From: a virus
Lineage: Duplodnaviria > Caudoviricetes
DNA: 60,251 nt
Direction: 5' to 3' (one strand)
IMG/VR virus record: IMGVR_UViG_3300033153_001386
Span: 1 to 60,251 of that record
Positions 10,901 to 18,542 of the stretch are shown here, in pieces. Below the pieces are notes generated by a model, which searched no databases, had not been told where the DNA came from, and saw only the letters and a program-made list of their open reading frames with translations. The position numbers were made by a program, and so were the translations under genes. Every line of letters begins with the position of its first letter. Position 1 is the first letter of the stretch.

Positions 10901-12921
10901 ACGTGAAGGGTGTCTTCTCGGCAATAGACCTTCTCGATGCTACCATCAAGCAGTCACAGAAAGTCAGCACAAGCACTCGATACAACGACGCTTCCGTAGA
11001 AGTATTGAAGTCTATCCGAGACCAAATTGAATTGCGTACAGCCGATGAGATTGAGGCCATCATAAAGAAGGAACAGGGCGGGAAACAGATGCTCGCTGTG
11101 GCTGATGAGATTCGTAAAATCAACGACGAGCTTACGCCTAAAGCTCAGTATGTAGCTGGTGTCATCCGTGGCGTTCCGTTCATGCCGTACTCCCAGTACA
11201 TGCACCGGGTGGTACTCAAGGGTGAGAACGAGTACGGAGAGGACAGCGATAAGGCTTTGTCAGATGTCATGAATAAAAACATGATGCCTTCGACAAGGGC
11301 TAAGAACCTCATCAAGCGTGAGGCGAAAGGGGCTCCCGCCGTAAACTTCGACCCGTTCGCATCAGTAAATCGTGGTGCCAAGTTTGTCCTCACCGATTAC
11401 TATATGACCAAGCCCGTTCGTACCAACAAGCGGCTAGTCAATAAGTTGGGAGACTTGGAAGACTTGAATGCAAGGCAGAGGGAGATGGTTCAGTTCCTGA
11501 TGAATGCATCGGAAACGTTGGTGAAGGATATGCTTGTACAGGCTGTCAACCAAGATAGCATGACAACTAAGGTGTTGAACTACATCAAAAGGAAGGGGTA
11601 TCAAGTTACCCTTGGTCAGGTAGAGCGGGCCGTAGCTGAGCTAGGTTCTAACGCAAGCTATGCCGCTTGGGTAGACCCCGGCGCTTTCAAGCTTGGAACA
11701 ACGTATCGAAACATATACGGTAACGACGGCACGGATATACTCAGGAACGTAGGTAGTATGCAGACCACAAGGCTTTTCCCCGGTGATGAAGGCACTCGCT
11801 TTGAAAGTTCTGGTCTAGACCAGATGCGTGCCGCCACTTCTCCGGGCCGTGCTGAGATGCGTAACGAGGCTGCAAATAAGGGGCGTCAAATTATAAACCA
11901 AAGCTTTGGTCGATTAGAGAGTTGGTCTGGAGGTATTGCCGACTACCTAATTACAAAGCCGGACCAGATGATTTCTCGTCCCCTTTGGTTCGGGTCTTTC
12001 GCTCGGGAGTTTGAGGCACGCACGGGACAGAAGCCCGACATGAAAAAGATTGCGGAGAACAATGGGGAGTATATGGATAGATACAGCCAAGCTATCGAGT
12101 CGGCTACGGCAAAGGCTGATGATACATCTATCAAGGCCGGTGCTACCGATAACGCATTCTTGGGTATGCTGAACGGAACCATCCGTCCCGACCAAGCACC
12201 TCTAAAAAATGTCGTTACGTACATAAACAGTTACATGACCCGCTTCCTCATTTTCGAATATGTCACGGCTCGTACCGCTGTACAAGCCATGGTGGGTAAC
12301 GGGATGATGCGTAAGCGAGATGGCGTAAGGCTATTGGCTGGTGTATCCAGCAGGATGTTTGCCTATCAATTCATTGCGGGAGCCTTAAGAGACACTGTCG
12401 CATCGATACTGTACGGTGATGACGACGAGGAGAAGGACCTTGTTGAACGCGCCTCTGAGTCCGTGGTCCAAGGAATGGCTTCGCTAGTATTGGGCAATAC
12501 AATGGGTCAACTTGGTAGAGGTGCTGTTGCCATTCCGGTAGAGCTTCTCAATAGAAACTTGATTGAGTCTAGTGGCGATGAGTATGGCTTTGGTAAAAGA
12601 AGGGTAATGCCGCTGATAGACATCAATGATGACAAGCAATGGGATGCTAGAGTTTTAGACGCCGGTGTAAGGACTTTCGGTCCAATGAGTTCTGCTGTAA
12701 GGGCCACTCTCCTTGGTGGTGAGCTTGCCGCAGAAGAGATAGGCATGAAAAAGAAAAGGACAGACAGGGCCCGTGCCGAGCAGGAGCAAATGCGATTTGC
12801 TATCAAGGCGTTGGGTGCTGCCGGAGTCCTTCCGTTCGCTAACGATATCAACTACCACTACCAGAGGTCCATCTACAAAGACATCGACAAGAAGAAGAGC
12901 AAAGTCATGCGGGCTAGATAA
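1981..12921 (+). CDS. Giant (3646 aa) polyvalent/internal virion protein with a zincin-like metallopeptidase motif and two ADP-ribosyltransferase-like modules
   Basis: Uninterrupted ORF; HEAFH...EEALAE (HExxH at 5242-5256); YYGEGIYFT and HFGTGAYFF motifs resembling ART-PolyVal domains; long E/K-rich coiled-coil linkers. Confidence 0.7.
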   Translation: MNDEQVLKDFIATAQANNYNYDVVMPKFPELEGYDLQVLKDYIATAEANEYDYGVVNPKFPELFGEKKKDDTESVSEDGSLEPPVVEEEIVEEDVVEEVQPRTESDEFFDMALEGVTPEVIGRTDDDDTVMEMNNLLGQYGFSFETANILGDAMTVTAKNGETLRVDLDPWRSKTEVAEAEKLNNFLKQNRKESENLLKQEDDYQAAKLKFANEKQIDQRVNQLSSEMDGFQQFSRELGEIESAFNEKYAGIDKYTEEYLRANPEEFDEYKAQVEAYNADLQGIQDLRGQLQGRSQELLYANQEINRAAAEFVEVQGGISTLPGLVKTALSRGTAIMARGMTDFVLDAASPGLLLDMRNHENYGAQFLQTYDDMGGTISEEATKDFDSWYEGLPDDLRHDVDMKMFDDMRKAQKYGGKELEESLLIDEAGREFIGEGLGEEVYKGIMWATGEDQKIPYAYEMAQQNWWGGSILGAIESIPAFVGLGKKLFTTGFKAASRTARMFGQVTDHVDQEFRDNPELRGVTEQDKLLLKVPLGATVAVLENIGFRNVMANKGFASHFLMKALGKSSLGVGKRSFRETVALEVNNAMARGLLTLGNAGAAEFETGMAQEIADIGAKEVWNAVSDNPDLDTPELNEILGQVVNAGAQEAVGSFVLGTPAAVGAAFQKDDYASLSDEQLAILDFLSDPGNRGATKPMIAAHLKNLVNQGKLTGKQAKDALDGYENTVQALDGIRDVDGMSSEQKKKALALEVRKQELERRMNSTAKPFQRRLQSQIDDLVIQQEEIADAIQEQSTEEVPTRDETEAGPEVGGQVQDEQEAPEKKGLVDRMRGRLQQRRLRKSKEEYDKAMARVAELEKQGATQEEIQKAKLDAIKPRLKYVSGLMTEEQLDKASDFNDETNRLSEAYQAAKGTEQEQSAKDELDSHTAERDAFIDSVEQGATQDTAPEIETTEDAASEEIVPEQEAAPTEEVTPTEDEVAVEEEAAELAAAFEAEGTPDRTETTDAGVDVQRQEGSDLTKKQQRVVDQANNVLTSLKSLIPDIKVIAHQTQLQYEAATGMRGRGTYVSDGKTIHINLSRANSRTAFHEAFHAIFLEQIKNGDPDAQAKAKVLLTTIAKALPPKSVLKNRIDSFLTQYDQQDISEEALAEVFSYIASGYRGLGPQVKAKIKVAIKNLIESVLGRKLGASWSEGDQAVLDAMEILAGKVERGEAITSEDVGGIEVTEEAAAEVKAETEVDAAIGRIQELRRKAVGQANDLFGDLFVLLEESGKGDGSLFSVAMRRLFKDVGDSNLKAIEKKIRDVKKAKKLSDSDKAERVAKLEREAEKEVARLEEAREQAKPGIKEAMAKLEPFAEKKRAKAALADVKKRQAEVTKQLDKDRKEAKKQFEGEELKEYLAMLKEEADTKRAAFRQEIAELRGEKKKPAVEEKVTEPAVEEKPTVETEQEVTPEEETKTEAEPAVEEQPTVATIRTKVGVEAFGKLEAAVRSYLEYMDALDFENITRGQSSTSTRRVNKVVNLSSELGLTDAEQAVMQNSVLEKIEAEKRAAEAKEAEQAELKDAAERAKKAAEEGAVEETPTPEEKPTVSEAEKRAALDDITVEEAERRTKAESLEAEGRAKKDEVRKTDAELAELKGKTDAKSKARRKALKEYRDNLGTMSIAEAKAKRDKAPAVVSEKVQLLEEELRQAQEDLDFYNRDEPDNTKYPKYKSWRQLVAAVRAGKDPRFYSVEVESDDSFGSGKIYIANTNPGYETGYGTVNLMEGTAANAVASANGTTRATKSTDTAGVGQQLESRVESLKKELAKETQAPTEYRADLGTMSVDEAQAKRTESKLKAREQKASEFSDDRIKELGERGIMSHFTQSQIERFRAGLGRLQYYGEGIYFTNDKEYAARFTDTNLRVSFVDTNDMTLLTRQEATSTLVDPNDYDTIVRIVGGLVRRTGYRISPDEIRDELFRGRGGRTETTLFELHRRLMRIGEDIELYRKRTNIEANAGQLVRPVFNAVLPKYQGIMSAGLRDVVIWDYDAINENIVSDVSPEMGAEVKAPKAREQRVFVNERGTEYRRAGESRMRPMTLETLENFVYRSGKVTDKAEPRGMMDGGRSTGHFGTGAYFFSDRKRAEAYDDRDVTAVDIRDYNLAPASWYLHKMLRAINSRVEYKQPHTFNAKEVEAVLDAIRFPGIQSPEILAQRRAQMPEAERAAKEATRLYNKEGNRDSASTSVMKALGYEGVYATPRSDMDNSTYGTVIYDVKTEPKAREQRVADVVERYDFRPNGSLRESSLAAELRRNLKRYGFGVKQFGTRMDDFHIVNPTTGRKVDPKKLIEKDRADERAERADVDAVEREVAEERAIEAEAEDLRSEGLKRYQDEYLDFPDGMIPPSDLSPREQRDSLNDEISDEDSTYSAVKFAKERGYSNAAILKFRPGAQQAIDTYEAKENRLKEQIKGVIVKATERIRADKDIQGLPTVKKRDAAALARLENDVIRYLQKSRFYQNASDVGREAMVRGVKKQLGINMKSAPSANRLLNGPLDKNGFSEQEKKGLRDQIRAMARSSKTTATAIAEARKQIAKDVAKLRKDGVLTTAQATALLNRMARTNPLNEASVNSFIEYANKVFMDADYAKKMNDLNKMRKRALKYAEEKTGINTDVIDVIRIIAGINAEAIPEEVLEEYTEVMTQLSERKAVLDLENRVSLRNKLETIIDAIDQELNAKNELLAEFENFEAKVPAKEKVSVAKTIKAMIEAGVITKDEAKLLRKYQGELSPEPEGKDEAELQQERENEARFLRGVVEGLPELTHKFPTREENILLRQFNELIKTSGIEGLDNAELKNLLRVANNIENGFLPHMAEVLVEKIDAENKRAEVMKSVVNDKSGLARLIDRTGLTSLNRRGRKNPTRYVDQVWGDFKSTRLFDAVFKDLAVASASYRADLQVVEARMDKVQDALIKALGRNPNKVTRAKFLLGAYLMQKEFEANPNVKGVFSAIDLLDATIKQSQKVSTSTRYNDASVEVLKSIRDQIELRTADEIEAIIKKEQGGKQMLAVADEIRKINDELTPKAQYVAGVIRGVPFMPYSQYMHRVVLKGENEYGEDSDKALSDVMNKNMMPSTRAKNLIKREAKGAPAVNFDPFASVNRGAKFVLTDYYMTKPVRTNKRLVNKLGDLEDLNARQREMVQFLMNASETLVKDMLVQAVNQDSMTTKVLNYIKRKGYQVTLGQVERAVAELGSNASYAAWVDPGAFKLGTTYRNIYGNDGTDILRNVGSMQTTRLFPGDEGTRFESSGLDQMRAATSPGRAEMRNEAANKGRQIINQSFGRLESWSGGIADYLITKPDQMISRPLWFGSFAREFEARTGQKPDMKKIAENNGEYMDRYSQAIESATAKADDTSIKAGATDNAFLGMLNGTIRPDQAPLKNVVTYINSYMTRFLIFEYVTARTAVQAMVGNGMMRKRDGVRLLAGVSSRMFAYQFIAGALRDTVASILYGDDDEEKDLVERASESVVQGMASLVLGNTMGQLGRGAVAIPVELLNRNLIESSGDEYGFGKRRVMPLIDINDDKQWDARVLDAGVRTFGPMSSAVRATLLGGELAAEEIGMKKKRTDRARAEQEQMRFAIKALGAAGVLPFANDINYHYQRSIYKDIDKKKSKVMRAR
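1990..2172 (+). repeat. Tandem 96-bp (32-aa) duplication at the N-terminus of the giant protein
   Basis: QVLKDFIATAQANNYNYDVVMPKFPEL / QVLKDYIATAEANEYDYGVVNPKFPEL; shared DNA cccaagttccccgagct. Confidence 0.9.
6254..6300 (+). repeat. Direct repeat encoding PAVEEK linker units
   Basis: agcctgcggtagaggagaag at 6254-6273 and 6281-6300; a degenerate copy near 6358. Confidence 0.85.
6933..7469 (+). repeat. Dispersed 54-bp repeat pair (EYRxxLGTMSxxEAxAKR)
   Basis: Copies at 6933-6986 and 7416-7469 flank a ~140-aa segment. Confidence 0.85.
7486..9150 (+). repeat. KAREQ(R)-encoding junction repeats, 4 copies
   Basis: aaggcccgtgagcag 7486-7500; identical 23-mer cccaaagcccgtgagcagcgggt at 8122-8144 and 8746-8768; ccacgtgagcaaagg 9136-9150. 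Confidence 0.85.
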
Positions 12922-13060
12922 CCCAATGCACGTCGATGGTGCGGACCTCGCAGTCCTCGTTGACGCAGCGCCAAGAGACCTTTAGGCCGGGGACACGCTC
13001 TTCATCAGAGTCGTGGTCCCCGGTCCACATCAAGTTCCTTCGGCACTCTGGACACTTCAT
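12914..13060 (-). CDS. Small Zn-ribbon protein (48 aa), missing from the ORF track
   Basis: MKCPECRRNLMWTGDHD...CVNEDC...HWVI*; ATGA overlap with the upstream gene; converges on the giant gene with an 8-nt overlap. Confidence 0.65.
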   Translation of the reverse strand: MKCPECRRNLMWTGDHDSDEERVPGLKVSWRCVNEDCEVRTIDVHWVI

Positions 13061-13563
13061 AACCCGTTGTATACCCTGTTGATTCTTTGCAATGCATCGT
13101 CCTCAAAGCCACGCTTGGTGCGCTCACGGATGACGTTGATGATGGGTTGGATGCGGCGGTCGTAATGCGCGTTGTTGCGTAGCTTCTTCAGCTCGTCCTT
13201 GGCCTCCTCTAAGTCTGCGCGTAGCTCCATATACTTCTTGCGAAGTTCGGGAGAAGAGTAGTAATACACAGGGTCGTGACCAGAGTAATCTTCACGGGCC
13301 ATAACCATGTTCTTTCGGAACGCCTTGTCGGATTGCATGAGCGCCTCACCCCTATTGAAGTAGTGGATGATGGTGCTGTGGTCACGGCCAAGGATGTTTC
13401 CAATATCGCTAGGACCTAAGCCCTGTTCCTTCAGTAGGATAGCGAAACACATGCGTGCGTCGACAACCTTTCTCTTGCGAGTGCGGGCATAGACGTCTCC
13501 GTTGAAGATGATAAAGCAGATGTCGGCAAGGCGACGGATTTGTTCGGGGTGGTGGGGAATCAT
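13057..13563 (-). CDS. DnaA C-terminal (domain IV)-like HTH protein
   Basis: RKRKVVDAR...IGNILGRDHSTIIH matches the Bac_DnaA_C signature; C-terminal coiled coil. Confidence 0.75.
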   Translation of the reverse strand: MIPHHPEQIRRLADICFIIFNGDVYARTRKRKVVDARMCFAILLKEQGLGPSDIGNILGRDHSTIIHYFNRGEALMQSDKAFRKNMVMAREDYSGHDPVYYYSSPELRKKYMELRADLEEAKDELKKLRNNAHYDRRIQPIINVIRERTKRGFEDDALQRINRVYNGL

Positions 13564-13868
13564 TGTAGTAAATTTTTGCCCTCGTTCATGTAGTCGAGGT
13601 AATCGTCAAGGTCTATGACCGAGAAGTCGAGGAGGATAACCATGTCCTCATCTTTGTAGTATTCTATTTCGTAGTACATCTCCCCGTCTAATCGACCGGA
13701 AGCAATCTGTGTATTCTCTTCATCGAATGTAAAGGAGTCTACAGCAGCGTTGAGTTGACGGACGATTCGCACCCGGTCAATGGACGGCAAGTCCATCAGG
13801 CCATCGACAAACTTCTCGTCTAGTTCGTAGGCTTGTTCAGCCTCGATATACTTCTGTTCGGACTCCAT
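13560..13868 (-). CDS. Acidic hypothetical protein
   Basis: 102-aa ORF coupled to its neighbours. Confidence 0.6.
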   Translation of the reverse strand: MESEQKYIEAEQAYELDEKFVDGLMDLPSIDRVRIVRQLNAAVDSFTFDEENTQIASGRLDGEMYYEIEYYKDEDMVILLDFSVIDLDDYLDYMNEGKNLLQ

Positions 13869-14076
13869 GTTCTTTTAACTCTTTAAGGCGGTACTCTTGC
13901 AGTCGAGAGAGCTTTCCCTCGGGTCGCTTGACCTCCGAGAAAAGAACTCCGCAGTCGGGAGGGATAGCAACAAGGTCGGGGATACCGTTCTTGTTGGTCT
14001 TGATGAGCTTGATGACATAGTAGCCCTCCTCCTCTAATTGCTTTATGCGTTGGCTCTGTATCTTCTGCTCGGTCAT
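13837..14076 (-). CDS. VRR-NUC nuclease / Holliday junction resolvase-like
   Basis: E..IQ...GIPDL...FSEVKRP.GKLS.LQ..R PD-(D/E)XK pattern. Confidence 0.8.
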   Translation of the reverse strand: MTEQKIQSQRIKQLEEEGYYVIKLIKTNKNGIPDLVAIPPDCGVLFSEVKRPEGKLSRLQEYRLKELKEHGVRTEVYRG

Positions 14077-14095
14077 CCTACCTACAAGGTAATAT

Positions 14096-14464
14096 CTAGA
14101 CCTTTGAAATGAGCTCGCATAAAGGAATCAAGACCGCAACGGAGGTGTTGTTGTCACCCATTTTCTTTATGCTGCCACGGGAGTGGTAGCCTCTTGCTAT
14201 TTTTTTCAACCTCTCCGTGTCCATTATTAGTATGACCTCCTTATTGTACTGTCCGTCAAAGACGAAGGCCCAGTAGTCAGCCTCGGTAGTAGCGATGCCG
14301 GAGGGCTTGCCTCGGCTCTCATACTCGACGGCTATGTTCTGTGTCCTAGCAATCCAACTGTCGGTCTTAACCTCTAATGTCTTGTCCTCTAGTATCTTGG
14401 CTAGGTGCTCCTCTCCAATCTTGCCTCGACTCAGGTCGAATTTGAAGTCGTTGTTGTACTCCAT
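14096..14464 (-). CDS. Putative PD-(D/E)XK nuclease-fold phage protein
   Basis: FDL..G..GE...EVKTD...NIAVEYESRGKPSGIATTEADYW motif typical of a widespread phage family. Confidence 0.6.
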   Translation of the reverse strand: MEYNNDFKFDLSRGKIGEEHLAKILEDKTLEVKTDSWIARTQNIAVEYESRGKPSGIATTEADYWAFVFDGQYNKEVILIMDTERLKKIARGYHSRGSIKKMGDNNTSVAVLIPLCELISKV

Positions 14465-15669
14465 TCCTTAAAGTGCTTTAGGGTGTAGTCCTTCTTGTTC
14501 GACACCGTGCTGTAAATCTTTGTCTCGATACCGCGCTCGGAGAACACCCAGTAGATGTCGCTCTCGGTACGTTCCTTGGTTGTCATCCTATCTCGTGATT
14601 GCCAATAGCTTGTGGCGGAGAAGTCGATGTTGTAGTACACCAATGCCGAGGCTTGGCGTAAGCTGATGCCCTCCCGACCGCTGACAATCTGTAGCGCAAT
14701 GGTCTTGTCTCCATCGTAGAATTCGTTCAGGTCGGTGGTAAGCTCGTCGCCATACACATCCTTCAACGCCTGTAGCTCAGCCTTAAACTTGTAGAAGATG
14801 GCAATCTTATCTCGGCAGAACCTGTCGTAGATGAACTGCGCTTTGCTGTGGTCGAAGACCATGTACTCTCCGCTCTCAAACTTCACCGTTCCCGAGTACA
14901 TCTGATGCAGCTTACCCATAAGCTTGACCGGGGTGTCGGCTAGGACAACCTCTTTCTTACCTTCTATAACGCGGTGCTTACGTAGCTCCGAGCACATGGC
15001 ATACGTCCGTGGCTCCATCGGTACGCGCAAGACGTGCTCGTTGAGTTGACTCTTAAAGCCTGCCTCCTTTTGGCTGAAGCTAATGGTGTATGGCTTCATT
15101 GCCTCAAGGATAGAAGGCAGTCCCTTGTTGTAGAACTTGAGCATAATGGAGTTGACCATGCGCGAGGTGACATCGACGTAGTCGTCGCAGAACCTGTAGA
15201 AGTTCTTGTATCTACGGAATGGATTGCCCGGGATGCCATACACCTGATGGTACATCTGACTGTACGACTCGGGCGTGGGGGTTCCAGACATCAAGATAAC
15301 GTAGGCGCCACGCGACAAAGCCTTGACCTGCTTAGCACGCTTGCTAGGCTTGGGGAAAGCACCGAGGCCATGCGCCTCGTCCAAGATGATGAGGTCCCAC
15401 TTCAAGTCGGGTAGCTTGTGTATGCTCTCGTAGTTCATGATGAACAGCTCGTACGAGGGGCACAGCTTCATGCTGTCTTCCTTGATGCTGCCCATGGCCT
15501 TCTTCTTTGTTAGGAACAAGACCTTGTCTACGCCCATCTCATCGGCGATGGCTAAGCTCGTTAAGGTCTTGCCTGTACGCACCTCCATAGCTAGGTACAC
15601 GAAGCGATTGACGCCAAGGATTTGCTTGGCCCGAGCCACGATGCTCTTCTGATAGTTTCTTAGCTCCAT
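14431..15669 (-). CDS. SNF2-like superfamily 2 helicase
   Basis: RTGKT (motif I), LDEAH (II), SGTP (III), QSRDR (VI). Confidence 0.85.
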   Translation of the reverse strand: MELRNYQKSIVARAKQILGVNRFVYLAMEVRTGKTLTSLAIADEMGVDKVLFLTKKKAMGSIKEDSMKLCPSYELFIMNYESIHKLPDLKWDLIILDEAHGLGAFPKPSKRAKQVKALSRGAYVILMSGTPTPESYSQMYHQVYGIPGNPFRRYKNFYRFCDDYVDVTSRMVNSIMLKFYNKGLPSILEAMKPYTISFSQKEAGFKSQLNEHVLRVPMEPRTYAMCSELRKHRVIEGKKEVVLADTPVKLMGKLHQMYSGTVKFESGEYMVFDHSKAQFIYDRFCRDKIAIFYKFKAELQALKDVYGDELTTDLNEFYDGDKTIALQIVSGREGISLRQASALVYYNIDFSATSYWQSRDRMTTKERTESDIYWVFSERGIETKIYSTVSNKKDYTLKHFKEWSTTTTSNST

Positions 15670-18074
15670 GTCATCTCGCTTTGCTGTTCTCCCTCATGCT
15701 TGTTGCGGATGCGCAACCACCGCCCCAACCTATCCCGGCCTTCCTCCGGAGCTATGCCATACTTGTGCATGCAGTATGACACGAGCCACTTGTAGAACTT
15801 AGTCCGTGATATGCTCTGCTTGGCAGTAGGTCCATAGTCAGGGTACTCTTGAATGAAGTCTAGGTACACGTCCTTCTTGTACAGCTTGATGTATGGCTCA
15901 ATGGTTTTGTTTTCCTCACCACCAACAAGGCCGCACCACTCGATGAAGTCGTGGCTTGTCTCGGCACTGAGCTGACGGATGCCTAGGTTAATGAACTTGC
16001 TTTCGACAAGGCCCGTGTTGAGGTATCCGGCCATGCACGACACCATGTAGTTGTCGAAGACAGCCCAGTCCTCCTCATCCCAGTCGGCAAAGAAGTGCTT
16101 CTTGAATTCCATCAGTGGCGTACGACCTTTGTTGTAGTACTGATGTAGCTCGAGTTCCCACTTGCGTCGGGCGAAGCTGTTGCCCGCACCCTTGATGGCG
16201 TAGTTGGTGGTGATACCAATCTTAGGTGACCGCTCGAAAGGAATCTTGATGGCGTCCTTGTTCTTCTTCTCCAGTGTCAAACCCTCTGTTACTACGCTGA
16301 ATAGGCGCTCGAAGTCAAAGTTCTTCTTCACGTCATCGAAGCAAAGTATCTGAGTGTCAGCACTTACGAGCTGATACGGGAAGCTACGCTCGAAAGCAAA
16401 CGCCTTGCCGTCTATGACCACAAGCTTCTTCATCTGACTGAGCGCGTTCATGAACAAGCCCTTGCCTGTACCACCCTCGGGATTGTCGCTGATGACCTCG
16501 TCGTTGAGGATGACGGCAGGGCAATAGCTTAGGTTCTTATAGCCGTGCATCATGTAGCCTATGGTAGACTCCATGGTCTCCCGTCTACCCTCGTCGTTGG
16601 CACAGATGTTACCGATGAATGTCTTGAAGTCGCAGTCGCTACTGTCCTGTGACGTGAACGTGCGGTCTATGATGTGGTCCTGCCACACGTATCCACCGAG
16701 GTCGAGGTAGTCGATGGTCTCCACCCCGCTTGTCGTTACCCGCACCGCGCAGTTGCGGTAGTACAGGTACGCCGTGGTCGAGGTGTCCTCCATGAAGTAC
16801 ACATCGATGGTACTGAGAAGGGTAAGGAACTCCTCGCGGAAGTAGCGCACGGCATCAGCGAAGAAGTTGTAGATGGTCTTGTCCTCAAGGTCGATGAGGT
16901 ATCCAAGGATGAAATCCTTAATCTCTTTCTCACTCGTGTGGTCGATGAGGTTGTTGGTGACCTTGACGAAGACGTAGTTCTTGCTCCCCTCGGGTGCGTA
17001 CTTGTAGAACCCGTTGTCTTCGAGGAAGGTCTTGAAGTCCAAGGGCACAAGCTTGATGACGCCCTTCTCATTCTTCATCCAAAACGTTTGCTCCTCGTTC
17101 TCTCTCTCCACACGCTCGAGGACGGCCTCTACTACATCGCTCTCAACCTCGCCCTTGAGTTGGGAGCGGACTTCTTTTTTTGATACGCCACGCTTGAGCT
17201 GACCCTTGATGTTGTTGATACGGTCGCTGTCCTCATAGTATCGAGTGCCGTGGTTGGCGGTGTTGCTATACGCTGAGTCGAGGGTGCGCTCAATCTCTGA
17301 CACCGGGAAGTCGGACTGCTCGAACTGTCGGAGGATGTGCGAAGCAAGGCTCTTGTTGATGCCGAAGTCATTGAATGCCATGGCCAGCTTGTAGATGTTG
17401 GCGTTGCGCTCGCCGTCTACCATGCCGTACTTCTTGGTCCACCACTTGACAAGGATGTCTACCACCTTGTTGTCGTCGGTGATGGGGATGGTGGGTGCGT
17501 CACGCTTGACCTCAACCTCTACATAGTCTGGGTCTTCGATGCTTGTCCAAAGCTCGCTGCCTTCGTTGACGTAGATGAGTGGGTCGTAGCTCTCGTAGCA
17601 CACGCGGCTGATGTTCTTGCAGGTCTTGTCAAAGTTCTCCGAGTTGAAGTGCTTCTCTAACGCGTTGAAGTAATTGGTATGATTGTCAGGGTCTTGAGGT
17701 ATACGCACCAATGCCTTCAGCCCGAGACCAGAGGGGGAGGTGAAGACGGAGTAGACGTACCTGTCTTTGGACAGTCGTTCTCGCTCGGCCTTCATCTCTT
17801 TCTTCGTGGCGTAGCTATCGAAGTCAAGGCAGATGAATCCGCTGTGCTCCTGTATAGCTGAGTCAGAACGCTTGTTGAATTGACCGGAGAAGCATACCGC
17901 AGGTAGCTCTTTCTTCAGCTCGTTCCTGTTGGCCTTGTCTGTCTCTTTGCGGATGCGTTGGACCAAGTCCTTGGAGGAACCATCCTTGATTCTGCCAAGC
18001 ACAAACTTGACTGAGCGATGGAAGGGAGTCGCTGTTTCCCTGATATTTTTGAAGACTGTGACGATTTGTGACAT
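15660..18074 (-). CDS. Primase-helicase (VirE-N/BT4734-like primase domain, PriCT, P-loop helicase)
   Basis: K..LPAVCFSG.F, SGFICLDFD, FTSPSG.GLKALV, DKTCKNISRVCYESYD; GERN PriCT motif; GGTGKG Walker A, CFDD Walker B. Confidence 0.85.
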   Translation of the reverse strand: MSQIVTVFKNIRETATPFHRSVKFVLGRIKDGSSKDLVQRIRKETDKANRNELKKELPAVCFSGQFNKRSDSAIQEHSGFICLDFDSYATKKEMKAERERLSKDRYVYSVFTSPSGLGLKALVRIPQDPDNHTNYFNALEKHFNSENFDKTCKNISRVCYESYDPLIYVNEGSELWTSIEDPDYVEVEVKRDAPTIPITDDNKVVDILVKWWTKKYGMVDGERNANIYKLAMAFNDFGINKSLASHILRQFEQSDFPVSEIERTLDSAYSNTANHGTRYYEDSDRINNIKGQLKRGVSKKEVRSQLKGEVESDVVEAVLERVERENEEQTFWMKNEKGVIKLVPLDFKTFLEDNGFYKYAPEGSKNYVFVKVTNNLIDHTSEKEIKDFILGYLIDLEDKTIYNFFADAVRYFREEFLTLLSTIDVYFMEDTSTTAYLYYRNCAVRVTTSGVETIDYLDLGGYVWQDHIIDRTFTSQDSSDCDFKTFIGNICANDEGRRETMESTIGYMMHGYKNLSYCPAVILNDEVISDNPEGGTGKGLFMNALSQMKKLVVIDGKAFAFERSFPYQLVSADTQILCFDDVKKNFDFERLFSVVTEGLTLEKKNKDAIKIPFERSPKIGITTNYAIKGAGNSFARRKWELELHQYYNKGRTPLMEFKKHFFADWDEEDWAVFDNYMVSCMAGYLNTGLVESKFINLGIRQLSAETSHDFIEWCGLVGGEENKTIEPYIKLYKKDVYLDFIQEYPDYGPTAKQSISRTKFYKWLVSYCMHKYGIAPEEGRDRLGRWLRIRNKHEGEQQSEMTWS

Positions 18075-18235
18075 GTCTGTGACGATTTAGGTGTCGATAT
18101 TTTAATGCTATTGTATTGATAGTCAGGGGGTGTGACACGAATGTCGATTCTTCCTCTCGTATATGTAGGAAGAAGGGAAAGATAGAGTACTCTCTCTCTC
18201 TCTAAAGAGAAAAGAAAAATCTGTCACCGCGTCAC
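18056..18235. repeat. Origin-like element A: GTGAC iterons, (CT)7, CTGTCACCGCGTCAC
   Basis: ctgtgacgattt x2 (18056, 18077), tgtgacacga 18131, CT tract 18190-18203, 15-mer 18221-18235 shared with element B. Confidence 0.6.
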
Positions 18236-18265
18236 AAAAAAAAGAGGGGGGCCGTTGCCCCCCTC
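18236..18265 (-). terminator. Intrinsic terminator after the SSB-like gene
   Basis: gaggggggc-cgtt-gcccccctc stem with an adjacent A8 (U-tract on the minus strand). Confidence 0.75.
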
Positions 18266-18293
18266 CCGCTCCGTTCATCAGAGTAAGGGGTAA

Positions 18294-18542
18294 TTAGAAC
18301 GGAGACTCTTCTTCATCTTGTTGCTTGGGCTCCCACTGGTCAAGCTCCCAGTAGTACTTGCCCTCCTTGCTTTCCTTCATCTCGAAGTTTATCCAACCCG
18401 AGGGCTTGACGTTGGCTTTCAAGAACTCGACGAACTCTTCGACGACGATGCCGACTTTGCCCTTGACAAAATCCGGTGCTCCATCACGTGGGGCTGACCA
18501 ATTCATGGCGGGTGGGTACACCCTGTCTTTCTCTTCACTCAT
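18294..18542 (-). CDS. Small ssDNA-binding-like protein
   Basis: APDFVKG...W.N......GKYY.ELD; acidic C-tail ending EEESPF; next to recombination genes. Confidence 0.6.
   Translation of the reverse strand: MSEEKDRVYPPAMNWSAPRDGAPDFVKGKVGIVVEEFVEFLKANVKPSGWINFEMKESKEGKYYWELDQWEPKQQDEEESPF

Noticed and set aside
1981-12921. Giant ORF as a crAss-like or N4-like virion RNA polymerase
   Set aside because: I found no DxDxD-type or T7-like polymerase motif; the motifs seen fit a polyvalent protein, though a profile search is needed to exclude it
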